The translations under genes and the position numbers were made by a program. 64,000 nt of DNA from Mobula hypostoma (lineage: Eukaryota), in assembly GCF_963921235.1 (NCBI RefSeq), contig NC_086097.1:108254001-108318000 (forward strand), in the 5' to 3' direction. Below are positions 35,546 through 48,524 of the stretch, piece by piece. Numbering within the stretch: the first letter of the stretch is position 1; every line of letters begins with the position of its first letter. The notes under the pieces are model-generated. The model was not told the origin of the DNA. It did not search any database and saw only the letters and a program-made list of their open reading frames with translations.

Positions 35546-38500
35546 TTTTCCTCTTAAATATACTCCTTTCGAAATACTTTCACTGCAATCTGCAGCATGT
35601 AAATTCCCTCTTAAAAAAGGACTACAAAATTATATCAGTGATCTTCAGAACTCGCATTTAATGGTTAAATGCAGAGCAGTTAAGCACGGTGGCTTTAAGG
35701 GTCAATACCAAAGCCGAAAATGTGGGAGGAGAGATGGAATTCTAACCAGGCTGAAGTGTAGATGGATGAGGCCTCTTCTGCCTTCCATCTTGTTAACGAA
35801 TGTGCAGTGACTTGCAAATAAGATTGACGGTCTCAGGGCAAGAATGCTCTATCAGAGGCTGATCTCTCAACTGTTTGTTGCATTGAGACTTGGTTAACAG
35901 CAAACACGCCAGACACAGCTATCCGACCAGGAGGTTTTACGATTTTCAGAATGAGTTGAACCTCAAATTCTGGTAAGGAAAATGGTGGCGGAGTGTGCTT
36001 TTTCGTGAATTCTCAGTGGTTCACGGGCACTGGTCAACTTCATCTTTCCCTGACTTGGAACAACTGATGATTAAATGTAGACCATTCTACAAGCTTCAGA
36101 ATTCTTATCCGTGCTCCTGACCACAGTGTGGCCGGTTATAAGCAAGCACTCGTGGAACTGCACCATGCTGTCTGTAAACAAGAAGCGGTTCAACTCGACG
36201 CGTTTGAAATTATAGTTTGTGACTTTAACCAGGTCTATCTGAAGAAAGCCCTGCCAATTTGGCTGTACTCCTACTTCCTGCATACAGACAAAGCCTAAAG
36301 ACCAAAGCTCCAGAGATCAAGACAACCAGAGGTGGTCGCAGGAGGCTGAGGAGCGGTTACAGGATTGCCTTGAGTCAGTAGACTTGGCCATGTTCAAGGA
36401 CTCATCTGAGGACCTGAGTGACTACATCAGGATTGTTACAGACTTTACACAAAGTCGTTCAGGGTTTACCCCAATCAGAAGCTCTGGATGAACAATGAAA
36501 TTTGGAGCCTGCTGAGAGCCAGGTCATAGGCAGTCAAGTCTGGAGATCAAGAGGTGCAGAAATGATGTCCAGAAAGCCATCTCTCGGGCGAAGAGGAGAT
36601 TCTATACTAGGCTGGAATTAATGAGGGATGCTTGACAGCTGTGGCAGGATTTGAATGCCATAACCTACTACAAAGTTAAATTTTGCAACATAGAGGACAG
36701 CAGAGCTTTGCGTCCAGAGGAGTTCAATGCCTTCTATACTCACTTTGACCACCAGAACAGAGAGGAACCATCCCACACCCCCTTATCTCCTGATGACCTG
36801 ATGACAACATGATGTGCGGGCTGCCTTCAAGAGGGTGAATCCAAGGAAAGTATCCGGTCCGGACGGAGTACCTGGCCGAGTACTGAAGACCAGTGCTGAC
36901 TGGCTGGCATGTTCACAGATATCTTTAACCTCTCACTCCAGCAGTGTTTGGTACCCCACCTGCTTCAAGCAGGCACCAATCGTACCGGTGTCCAATAAGA
37001 GTGAGGTAACCTGTCTCAATGACTATCGCCCAGTGGCACTTACATCCACAGTGATGAAGTGTTTTGAGAGGCTGGTGTTGGAGCAGATCAGCTCCTGTAC
37101 AACTCCCCTACCGAAGCAACAAGTCTAGGGCAGATGTTCTCTCGTTGGCTCTTCACACAGCTCTGGAATATCTGTACAGGAAAGATACATACATCAGAAT
37201 GCTCTTTTATCGATTACAGCTCAGCATTCAACACCATCATCCCCTCAAAACTAATCAGTAAACTCCACTACCTGGGCTTCAATACCTCCTTGTGCAATTG
37301 GATCCTGGATTTCCTCACTTGAAGACCCCAGTCTGTTCGGGTTGGCAACAAATCTCATCCATGATCTCAATCAGCGCAGGAGCACCACAGGGATGTGTAC
37401 TTAGCCCCAGCTCTACTCGCTTTACACCTGTGACTGTGTGGCTGGTACTGCTCCAACACCATATACAAGTTTGCTGATGACACCACTGTTGTGGGCGTAT
37501 CAAAGGGGGTGATGAAACAGCATACAGGAGGGAGATTTAAAACTTGGCTGAGTGGTGTAATAACAACAACTTATCACTCAATGACAATAAGACCAACGAA
37601 CTGATTGTGGACTTCGGGACAGGAAAACCAGAGGTCCATGAGCCAGTAATCATCGGAGGATCAGAGGTAGAGAAGGTCAGTAACCTGAGTGTCACTCTCT
37701 CAGAGGACCTGTCCTGGACCCATCATATAAATATAATTGGAAAGAAAGCACGACAGCTCCTCTACTTCCTCAGGAGTCTGTGGAGGTTCGGCATGTCACC
37801 AAAAACCTTGGCAAACATTGACAGATATGTGGTGGAAAGTGTGATGATTGGCTGCATTATGGCCTGGTATGGAAAAACCAATGCCTTGAGTGGAAAATCC
37901 TACTACAGGTAGTGAATTTGACCCAGAACATCACAAGTTAAACCCTCCCAAACACTGAGCATATTTACATGAAACATTACAGTAGAAAAGCAGCATCCTT
38001 CATCAAAGACCCTCACCACTCAGGCCATGCTCTGTTCTCGCTGTTGCCTCAGGACCCACACCACCAGGTTCAAGAACAGTTACTACCTCTCAACTGTCAG
38101 GCTCTTGAACAAAAGAGGATAGCTAAACTCATTTAAGGACTCTGTTATATTGATGGATGTAATATTGTTATTTCACAAGACCATAGACAAAGGAGCAGAA
38201 GTCGGCCATTCGGCCTATCGAGTCTGCTCCGCTATTTTATCATGAGCTGATCTATTCTCCCATCTAGTCCCACTCCCCTGCCTTCTCACCATAACCTTTG
38301 ATGCCCTGGCTACTCAGATACCTATCAATCTCTGCCTTAAATACACCCAATGACTTGGCCTCCACTGCTGCCCGTGGTAACAAATTCCATAGATTCACCA
38401 CCCTCTGACTAAAAAAATTTCTTCGCATTTCTGTTCTGAATGGGCGCCCTTCAATCCTTATGTTATGCCCTCTCGTACCAGACTCCTCCATCATGGGAAA

Positions 38501-39575
38501 CAACTTTGCCACATCCACTTCTGTCCATGCCTTTCAACATTCGAAATGTTTCTATGAGGTCTCCCCTCATTCTTCTAAACTCCAAGGAATACAGTCCAAA
38601 AGCGGACAAATGTTCCTCATATGTTAACCCTCTCATTCCCGGAATCATTCTAGTGAATCTTCTCTGTACCCTCTCCAACGTCAGCACATCCTTTCTTAAA
38701 TAAGGAGACCAAAACTGCCCACAGTACTCCAAGTGAGATCTCACCAGCGCCTTATAGAGCCTCAACATCACATCCCTGCTCTTATACTCTATTCCTCTAG
38801 AAATGAATGCCAACATTGCATTCGCCTTCTTCACTACTGACTCAACCTGGAGGTTAACTTTAAGGGTATCCTGTACGAGGACTCCCAAGTCCCGTTGCAT
38901 TTCAGAACTTTGAATTCTTTCCCCATCTAAATAATAGTCTGCCCGTTTATTTTTTCTGCCAAAGTGCATAACCATACATTTTCCAACATTGTACTTCATT
39001 TGCCACTTTTCTGCCCATTCTTCCAATCTATCCAAGTCTCTCTGAAGACTCTCCATTTCCTCAGCACTACCGGCCCCTCCACCTATCTTCGTATCGTCAG
39101 CAAACTTAGCCACAAAGCCATCTATTCCATTATCCAAATAGTTGATGTACAATGTAAAAAGGAGCGGCCCCAACACTGATCCCTGTGGAACACCACTGGT
39201 AACCGGCAGCCAACCAGAATAGGATCCCTTTATTCCCACTCTCTGTTTGCTGCCAATCAGCCAACGCCCTATCCACGTATGTAACTTTCCCATAATTCCA
39301 TGGGCTCTTATCTTGTTAAGTAGCCTCGTGTGGCACCTTGTCAAAGGCCTTCTGAAAATCCAAATATACAACATCCACTGCATCTTCATGTTTGTTATGA
39401 TTGCTATTCATTTATATTTGCATTTTCACAGTTTGTTTACAGTTTAGTTCCTGATATTTACAGTTACTGTTCTATAGATTTGCTAAGTATGCCCACAGAA
39501 AAACAATCTCAAGGTTGTATGTGGTGACATGCATGTACTCTGATAGTAAAAATTACTTTGAACTTTGAACTTTTT
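35546..39575 (+). mobile_element. Near full-length decayed Rex1/Babar LINE with nested CR1
   Basis: Endonuclease remnants near 35800-36250; ORFs 36814-37128, 37134-37322, 37544-37912; 3' tail CTTTGAACTTTGAACTT at about 39557-39572. Confidence 0.88.
38176..39385 (-). mobile_element. Young 5'-truncated CR1 (third subfamily)
   Basis: ORFs 38463-39389 (GVPQGSVLGP, KFADDTK) and 38264-38518. Confidence 0.93.
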
Positions 39576-39889
39576 TGAGGACCTGAGTTATAAGGAAAAG
39601 TTGAACAGGTTCGGACTTTATTCCCTAGAGCGTAGGGCAATGAGAGGAAATTTGATAGAGATGTACAAAATTATGAGGAATATAGACAGGGTAAATGCAG
39701 GCTGACTTTTCCTCTGAGGTTGGGTGAGACGGGAACTAGAGGCCATAGATTAAGGGTGAATGGTGAAATATTTAAAAGGGTAGTCTGAGTAGGAACTTTT
39801 TCACTCAGATTGCGATGGCAGTGTGGTTTGTGCTGCCAGCTGAAGTGGTGGATGCGGAGTTGATTTCAATATTTAAGAGAAATTTGAAA

Positions 39890-40265
39890 ACCTTTTGAAT
39901 GTTGAAAGGCCTGATATGGTGGATGTAGAGAGGATATTTTCTATGGTGGGGGAGTCTAAAACCAGTGGACACAGCCCCAAAATACAGGGGTGTCCTTTAG
40001 GACAGAGATGAGGAGGAATTTCTTTAGCCAGAGAGTGCTGAATCTGTGGAACTTGTTGTCACAGACGGCTGTGGAGGCCAGATCATTGGATATGTTTAAG
40101 GCAGAGGTTGATAGATTCTTGATTAGTCAGGGCAAGAAGGGATACGGAGAGAAGCCAGGAGATTGGGCCTGTGAAGGAAAATGGATCAGCCATGATGAAA
40201 TGGTGGAGCAGACTTTTTGGGCTGAATGGCCTAATTCCGCTCCTATATCTTATGGTCTTATGGGC
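39890..40265 (+). mobile_element. CR1 3' end
   Basis: ORF 39990-40280 FRTEMRRNFFSQRVLNLWN. Confidence 0.85.
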
Positions 40266-40939
40266 TTTCAAATGCATTAAAAAGCTGACTTAAATTAATG
40301 CATTAGCAATTTATAAGTGATTTCTAAAATATTAACGATTACCTAAAAGACTGCAATAATGCCTTACGTTTATTTAATTTGATTCAAACGAGGGAATGCA
40401 GCTAGTTACACCTTTTCATTCTTGTTACTTCTTTGAGCATGGAATGTAAGTATAATGCAGTTTACTGCTCCTATGTTGATCTCCTACACAGAATCCAATG
40501 TTGCTGTGCAAATCAGATGTTCAGCTGCGAATCACTGTTAACAATTTACAGATTTTCATGATCTCAAAAAAGTCTGGAAAGGGAAATAGAAAAGCTCAAA
40601 ACTGGATGTTGCTGTCAGGGGCACAAACTCTTGCCAATAATGCTTGATAAAATATTGGGCAATATAAATACCAGCTGATATAATCTAAACCATGCAATCA
40701 GACAGCATCATTAGCGTTGGATGTTCATTCAATATGTGCAGGCTTAAAGCCAGCATTAACTACAATGATTAATCAATCTCTTACAGAAATAATTCATAGA
40801 GTATAGCTGTTTGGAAAGACTTCATTCGGCCGAACCTACCTATATTGGCTCTTCAATCAAGGTCTTGCTCATTTGCTATAGTACTGTAAGAATTCTCCTT
40901 ACAAAATATTATCCAATTTCCTTATGAATAGTCCTCTTG

Positions 40940-41365
40940 AAATGAATCTTAACATTGCATTTGCCTACCTTACTATCAGCTCAACCTGCAAGTTAATATT
41001 TAGGGAAATCCTGCACTAGGACTCCCAAATGGCTTTCTACCTCTAATTTCTGAATTTGCTTCCTGTTTAGAAAATAGTCTACACATGTATTCCTCTTAGC
41101 AAAGTGCATGACCATACATTTTCCTACGCTGTATTCAATCTGCTGCCTATTTGTCCCTTCTGCTAATCTTTCCAATCCTTCTACAGACTTCATGCTTCCT
41201 CAACAGCAATTGATCCTGCACCTATCTTTGAATGATCTGCAAACTTGGCCACAAAGCCATCAATTCTGTCATCCAGATCATTAACATGTAAAGTGAAAAT
41301 TAGCAGACTCAACACTGACCTCTGCAGAATACCACTCGTCACTGCAAGTCAATCAGAAAAGGCCT
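40940..41365 (-). mobile_element. Decayed CR1 RT fragment
   Basis: ORF 40993-41193 YSVGKCMVMHF...HLGVLVQD. Confidence 0.8.
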
Positions 41366-41467
41366 GATGTGTAGATGGGTCTTGTGGTTTGAGTCCATTG
41401 TTTCCTGAAAGTGGCTTCACTAGTAGATAGAGCGGTAAAGAAGGCATATGGCATAGTTCTTGCCCTT

Positions 41468-41765
41468 TATACCTCTTGCCCATCCTCTGGGTCACCCCCC
41501 CCCGTCTTTCTTCCCGGACCTCCTGTCCCATGATCCTCTCGTATCCCCTTTTGCCTATCACCTGTCCAGCTCTCTGCTCTATCCCTCCCCCTCCTGTCTT
41601 CTCCTATCATTTTGCATCTCCCCCTCCCCCTCCAGCTTTCAAATCCCTTACTCACTCTTCCTTCAGTTAGTCCTGACGAAGGGTCTCGGCCTGAAACGTC
41701 GACTGCGCCTCTTCCTATAGATGCTGCCTGGCCTGCTGCGTTCACCAGCAACTTTGATGTATGTT
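41468..41765 (+). mobile_element. Penelope tail fragment, nearly identical to 29741-30037
   Basis: ORFs 41467-41790 and 29443-30090 share long identical stretches. Confidence 0.9.
41668..41705 (+). ncRNA. Minimal type I hammerhead ribozyme motif in Penelope tail
   Basis: TAGTC-CTGACGA-A-GGG(TCTCGG)CCT-GAA-ACGT-C-GACTG: stem I, conserved core, stem II, palindromic ACGU stem III, GUC triplet. Confidence 0.7.
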
Positions 41766-41949
41766 CCTTTATTCCCATTCTTTCTTTCAAAGGCGAATAC
41801 TAGAGGCAGAGCTAGCAACAGAGGTAGTAAACTCGTATCTTACAGTAGTGCCTGGTACAAAACTATATCAGAAGTTTTATTACATGATCTGCTCAGTTCC
41901 TAAAGACTTACTCAATTTGTCAACACCACATAAATCTTTAAGAATATAG

Positions 41950-42740
41950 TAAATAGATGTATGAGTAGGTCATCAGCCATTATTGCCTGTCCCACCATTT
42001 AACAAGTTCATGGCATACATGTCATTGCAGGGTCAGTTTCCTGTACTAACCTTCTGTCCTTTGATTCGCATCATATTCAATAACATACTGATGTTTGTTT
42101 TGAACATACTTGAGGACAGAGCCTTCACTCGCTGAGATAACTTCAAAGACTTGCCACTCCTTTATGAATAAATTACTTCTGATCTCCATCCTAAATCAGA
42201 TAATCTCTCACCTCTCTAATGTGTGGAGAATACAATTGGTTTAATCGGTCCCTACAGGGCGTCATCTGCCTCTGCATTCTAGGAACCTCAAAGACATTGA
42301 TAAAAGCAAGCCTACTGTGTGGTTCCCAGAATACAACATGCTTACCCAACACAAGTCAAATCAATGTTTTTGCTTTCTTTTTTTGTAATCTTTCTATTAA
42401 TAAAACCTTGAATTCCTTTCTCGAAATCCTTCTGCTATTATCATATCACAATTAAAGATTTATGTATGTACTAACCCAGGTCTCTGTCTTCTGCTTCTCA
42501 TTCTTCCTATCATAATAAATCGCCTTGTACTTGGCTGCACTAAATTTCATCTGCTTAACTTGCTAGTCTATGTTCTCCTACAATCTATTACATTCTGTTG
42601 CTGTTACTTGTCACTATTTATTGCATTTCTGAATTTCCTGTCATCTACTAACTTAGGAGTTATGTGCTCTTTAGCAAAGACCAAGCTATTAATATATATC
42701 AAAAAGATCATTGATTCTGAGGACTATCTCTGAATTTGTC
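41950..42740 (-). mobile_element. Very old CR1-like fragments
   Basis: Remnants such as TAAATTTCATCTGC and TGTCATCTACTAACTT (antisense of the KFADD region). Confidence 0.45.
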
Positions 42741-43596
42741 CCTCATTTTTTTTTAAAAAAAGAACAACTATTCACCATGAATGATTTTTTTTCTGTACAT
42801 TGGCTGCTTTTCCATATATTTCTCCTCCAGTAAACAACTCAATTACTATTGGGTTGTCAGCTGTGAACTGAGATCACCTTCTAACTCACATAGACAGAAT
42901 GTATGCAGACAGAAACTAAATGAGAAGAATAATCAGAAGCATACCCTATTGTAAATTGCTAGGTTAAGATTACTTTGTATATTCTCCTTAAAATAAGACA
43001 TTATTCTTCTTTTGCTGCCACTACCTTCTTGGGCCCTTAACTCACAGTGAAGCACAGGCCAGTGATGACCTCCACTCTCCATTGTCCAAAGTCAATGGTC
43101 TGGTTGGAGTTCATCGATGTTTCTGTAATCCATTGAATCCACTGTACGGGGGATTGGCCTATACAGCTTCCCCAGAGCCCTGTTGGCTGCCCTTACCTGC
43201 TTCTTTTTTTTTTGTAATTTATTTTTTATGGAAGTTCACCATCAAACAAAACTTTCCGTAAGATGTATTTCAGATACTGGGATGTAGGTTTGGACTTTGA
43301 GAGGCATTCCTCTTTTGCCTGCTGTTGTAAAATAACACCTGAGCTCTGACCTCAATTGTCTTTTGTCCTAGCAGAGATACTTTTACATTAAATCGTGCTT
43401 CTGTAGCATTGCCTCATGAGTGGTCATCATAGGCACCTGTGAAAAGTTGCAGTTACATCAGCATTCCTATGCTCCAAAATAAATCACTTTTCAGAAACAG
43501 TGGCTATGGTATTTATCACTCATCTTCATTGTACCCACCACCACAATAGGGAGAGAGTGGGTGAGTGAGGGATTAAACTGACAAATTATTCCCAAC

Positions 43597-44430
43597 ATTC
43601 AATGGTTCCATTTAATATCAGAGAATATACAGTAGACATATACAACCTGAAATTCTTATTCTCCACAGGTATCCTTGAAACAGAAGAAAAACTCCAATGA
43701 CAGAAAAAAGCCTAAAAAACCCTCACCTGCATAAGCAGTAGCAAGCAGTGTCAACCCCCCCCTCTTCCCACTCCCCCCACTTACTCTAACATAAAGTATC
43801 AGCCCCCCACTTCCTGCTCCCCCCACTTACTGTAACATAAAATATCAACCCCCCCGACTTCCCACTCTCCCCGCTTACTCTAACATAAAGTATCAGCGCT
43901 CTCCCATCACCCACCAAGCAAGCAACAGCAAAGCCCCCAAGTGAGACCGCGCTCTACAGTTCATCGAAAACTAACTGTTCACTCCAACATTTCAACACTC
44001 CTCAGGCCCTCTCTCTCACTAACAAAGGAGAGACAGATATTGCTCCTTCCACAGCGAGAGGGGAGACAAACAATTGTTGTTTCGATGTTACAGTCACAGT
44101 CTGAAGTGTTGCTTTTTATTTCAAGTTCCCTGACTTGATAATCGACAGCATACTGTCACTCACCATTGAGTCAGAGGAAGTGATTGCTCACCGAGTGCAG
44201 AGCTTTGAAAAGCTGCTCTCGCAGTCTTCGATGTTCCGGCTCCCGCCACACTTCAGTTTGCGACACTGGCAAGAATTCACGTCCACAGGGGCTGTGCAAG
44301 GCTGCACCCCGAAGACGCCGGACTTCAGGCCGAATCTGGACGTATCGAAAATGTAGCTGATCGGCAAGCTCCGAGAACAAGAACATGCTGCCGTGCAAAA
44401 CTGCAGTTTGGGTGCTGTTGTAAATCAACA
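43597..44430 (-). mobile_element. Non-autonomous retroelement related to 55049-55868
   Basis: Shared blocks CATTTAATATCAGAGAA, CCTGAAATTCTT, CACAGCGAGAGGGGAGACA. Confidence 0.6.
43755..43897. repeat. Three tandem copies of a unit of about 47 bp
   Basis: CTTCCCACTCCCCCCACTTACTCTAACATAAAGTATCAGCCCCCC and two variants. Confidence 0.85.
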
Positions 44431-44770
44431 ACCCCAACAAGTCTCTCCTCAGACTGCTGTGAACAGAGAAAGCAACTCCATATTGTTCAATATCTCCTGA
44501 AAGAACATGTCCTCTAATCCAGACATTCCAGGCAGCAAACTGGTAAACCTCTTCTGCACTCTTCCTGAAACCTCTATATCCTTCCTTTAATGGGGTGACC
44601 AGAACTGCATGCAGTACCCTTAGATATGACTTGAAGCAGACTTTTATAAAACTACAACATAACTTCCTGATTCTTGAACTCACTGCGACTAGTAAAGACA
44701 AGCTTCTTTACAATTCACCTCCTTTAACTTGTGTGACCACTTTCAGAGAATAATGGACTTAGACCAATAT
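44430..44770 (-). mobile_element. Old CR1 3' fragment
   Basis: GGTAAACCTCTTCTGCACTCT and TGACCAGAACTGCATGCAGTAC (antisense of YCMQFWSP). Confidence 0.7.
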
Positions 44771-45479
44771 TTGGCCCCATTTCCCCACCCTCTGCCTGTA
44801 GCCCTGGCAATATTTTCCCTTCAGTGCTGCAGTTCAATTTGCCTCCTTTCTGGTGCAAACCAGCTCTGCTTCTAACTTTTGTCCAATTACTTGTAATTGT
44901 GTGCAGAGGCTAAATGGGCATTATTACTGTATGCAGCAGAATCCAGACATTCAGCCCATCAGGTCTGCCCCACCATTCGATCATGGCTGAATGTACCAAC
45001 GTGCATATAGTAGGTTATGATCTGATACAGTATACCATATGATACATATACATAATATACCAAAAAGAATGTAAACAACTCTGCCTTTATTATTGCTGGC
45101 TCTAAATTCTGTAACTGCACCCAACAACACTGTACAGGTACCTTCTTCAGAACAACTGTCGCGGAGGTTCAAAAAGCTGATTTACCACCACCATCTCAAA
45201 CACAGACAGGCTGAGCAATAAATAGTGGCCTCGCCAGTGAAAGCACGTACCAGGAAAATGAATAATAAACAAGGCACAGTTAGGTCCAAGGGTAAATAAA
45301 TCCACTGGAACAAAACAGAGGAGAATTGATAGGAGACAGGAAGTTGGAGCAAGTACAGAACCTGTCTTCAGAACAGGGAAGGGATAGAACATAGAACAGA
45401 CAGCACAGGAACAGCCCCTTCAGCCCACAATGTTGTGCTGAATCAACTAAATTAGTAGTCCAAACCAATTAAGTTAGTA

Positions 45480-45860
45480 ATCATTCGTTCATTATGTGCC
45501 ATGTCATATGACATGGGCAATTATGGATGACAATGATTGTTCTTGGCAAATTTTTTTTTACAGAAGTGGTTTGACTTTGCATTCTTCTGGGCAGTGTCTT
45601 TACAAGATGGGTGACCCTAGCCGTTATCAATACTCTTCAGAGATAGTCTGGTGTCAGAAGTTACATAACCAGGACTTGTGATATGCACCAACTGCTTACA
45701 TGACCATCCAACACCGGCTCCCATGGCTTCAGGTACTCTGATCAGGGGCTAAACAGTTACTACATCTACTACATCTTGCCCAAGGATTACCTGCAGGCTA
45801 GTGGAGGGAAGGAGCACTTTACACCTCCTTTGGCGGAGACGCATCCCCACCCCGCCACTC
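45480..45860 (-). mobile_element. Probable RTE-associated SINE
   Basis: CAGAAGTGGTTTGACTTTGCATTCTTCTG resembles a block found in RTE-mobilised SINEs (recall only). Confidence 0.4.
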
Positions 45861-45984
45861 TAGTAATCATCAGTGATCTGAAGACTGTAACCAGGGAGAA
45901 CGTCAGATTCCTGAGATATTTTGTAAATGTTATATTTTGTAAAGTTTTGTGAGATAATATGTAAAGACAGCAGGTGCTAAGTTG

Positions 45985-46615
45985 GAGAATTCAGTGTTCT
46001 TGCTGTTGGGTTGTAGACCACCCTGGCGGAATATGAAGTCTTTCCTCCAGTTTACTGTGCCTGACATCATCTATATATCCCAAAGGCAGGGATATTGAAT
46101 TCTCCAACTTCTGGTAAACTACATCCGTTCTATTCCTTTTCTCTCTTCTCCTGTTCTACTCAGTTCATCCTACACTTATCTCAGCTCCCATTACCCTGTT
46201 TCTTTTCCCTCCTGCACTCCATCTGCCCATCACCCTCACACTCATTCTACTGGTTCCCCTCCCCCACTGTTCTCATCTGCCCTCTTCATTTCCTCACTTG
46301 ATTCCATATTCCACCATCCTGTACTGTTAGGTTCCATTATCTTCAGTGTTTTGTCACCTTCACCTCTCACCTTCGAGCTTCACCCTCCTTTCCTCCATTT
46401 GCCTATCACTCTGCACCCCCACTTCACTTATCACTAGCTAGCACTTACTCCATCCCTTCCCTTCACCTTTTATAGTGTTGTTTCCTTTCTATCTTTCAGT
46501 CCAGATGAAAAGCCTTGATCTAGAATGTTGACTGTCTATTTCCCTCCATAGTGCCTGACCTTCAGAGTTCCTCCAGTATCTTGTGTATTGTCCCAGATTC
46601 CAGTCTCTTGTCTCT
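45985..46615. mobile_element. Old Penelope fragments, mostly plus-strand pyrimidine tract and tail
   Basis: Decayed tail CAGTCCAGATGAAAAGCC...AATGTTGACTG at about 46497-46533. Confidence 0.55.
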
Positions 46616-48524
46616 CCAAGAATTGATTACAGTTTGTTATCAAAGAGTTTCAAGTCATTGAATAGCGTGTGGCTCTGTCATTTAAAAACAAAGAAGATTT
46701 TTTGAGGGATGTGGACATCACAGGATGAGCCAGCATTTAATTGTCCATCCCTGCTTCCACTTGAGAAGGGGTGGTGAGCTTCCTTCTTGAAATGGATCAA
46801 AAAACTGTAGCTGCTTACAACAGAACTTTCGATTTAAGGGTCATAAATATTTAACCTAATGCTGTTTCTCTGATGAACAGTGGAGGATTGACTAAAGAGC
46901 AAACCACCATTGGGGAATCAGAGTATACAAGAATTCCATGAGAAAGCATGGCTACACTGGCCCAGACATTTCTTCCAGTCTTCCCTATATTGTGAGCCTC
47001 CCTCAGTTATGCTTTGCCTTGTACAATTTTGTTTGAATAATCTGTACTTTGGGCATCCCCTCCTCCAGCAATTCAACCAAAGAACCTGCCTTATCTTTGG
47101 GTACAGCCTCCCCTCTTCTTACTTAATGTTATTCCTTAAAGTTTACAAAGCAGTTTCTGACATCACTGAAAAACATTAATAAGTAATTTTTATAGTTTGT
47201 TTGTGGGACTTAGCAGAATTTGGATGTTGCAATCGTGTACAAAGTAAGTAACTACCATTCAAAACTAAGTCTTGGATGTAATATTCTTTGAGACATCATG
47301 GCTTGATTTATCACTCCATCTATCTATCCTATCCATCTATCTGATCTATCGATGTTGTGTCTGTGCACCACTACATATTGATTAAATAAAAAGCACGCAC
47401 ATGGGAGATGGCTTTAACTGGTGTATTCACATTACAGCGAGAGAGAGAGCAGCACACATGTGCAGACAACAGATCAATAGGTAGTGCTAAGGGGGTGGGG
47501 GGGGGGGTTATTGGTCTAAAAGAAATAGATCCATACGTTACCACCTACAAAGAGCACAGAACAGGCCCCTCCGGCCCCTTGAGCAACACCACCCAGCAAT
47601 CCCCGATTTAACCCGAGCCTAACCACAGGACAATTTGCAAGGACCAATTCACCTTCCAACTGGTAGGAAGAAACAGGAGCACCCACAGCAAACAATCATG
47701 GGGGAAATCGCAGTCCCTTAAACTGAAGGGTTTTCTTGAGAAATGGTGTCCATGACTAGATAACTATATAAATCTCAGTCCATGATGGCATTTAACCAAA
47801 GCAATGGCATAGCAGAGCTGTGTGTTTCTTGACCATTCTTTTGTATTTTGTGCCTTCACTCTACATGTTCAAATCCTCTTTCTGAAATGTTGTGGTTTCT
47901 TGGTGAAAAAGCAGACTTCAAAGGGGGAAAGAAGTAATACCATGTTCATGAAGTAATAACAAGAAGTAATAACATGTTCATGGTAGAAATCAACATGTAT
48001 TATTAAGTAACTTTAAGAGACACTCCACACTATCTTTGCCTCAAAAAAACTGAGCTGCAGTTCGTATCAGTCACTACAGTGGCCTTGGTTCCTTAGTTCA
48101 ACTCTGATATAAGGTTACCAGTACTGTAGATGTAATGTTGTCACTTTGATTGTACTACTAGATTTCTTCAATATTTATGAGACAGTAAATTATGTTCACT
48201 TCTGCTTGACTGAGTAGCTATACAACTAGCTTTCAGGGTTTTGTAATATGCCCGACACATGCAGTAATAATAATTTTCAGACTGATGGAGCTTAAAGGGG
48301 TGGTGTTACCTTACTGAATCATTCTCAGTAGGTTTTAATGCAAGAGCAGCCATTATGTGTTTGGTAGAATATTTATATATTGTGGATAGTCTGTTAGCCA
48401 TGCTGTATTTCAAAGGCTTGCTTTGTTTTAAATGGCCCACATTTCCAAGCCTAGAAGCCAGTTCCAGAGAGACCCGAAGCCAGTTCCAGAGAGACCCGAG
48501 GCTTTCCAGCAATAGTAGTGCAAT

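Larger units (their letters stand above)
33780..39890 (+). mobile_element. Decayed CR1 split by a MITE and a Rex element (pieces 33780-34057, 34695-35545, 39576-39890)
   Basis: ORFs 33778-33993 and 35359-35661 (…IQRKFIRMMLG) continue at 39576 with GAGGACCTGAGTTATAAGGAAAAGTTGAACAGG (EDLSYKEKLNR). Confidence 0.8.

Noticed and set aside
47353..47544. Small solo LTR
   Set aside because: Begins TGTTGTG but the right end and TSD are not clear, and there is no second copy for comparison.
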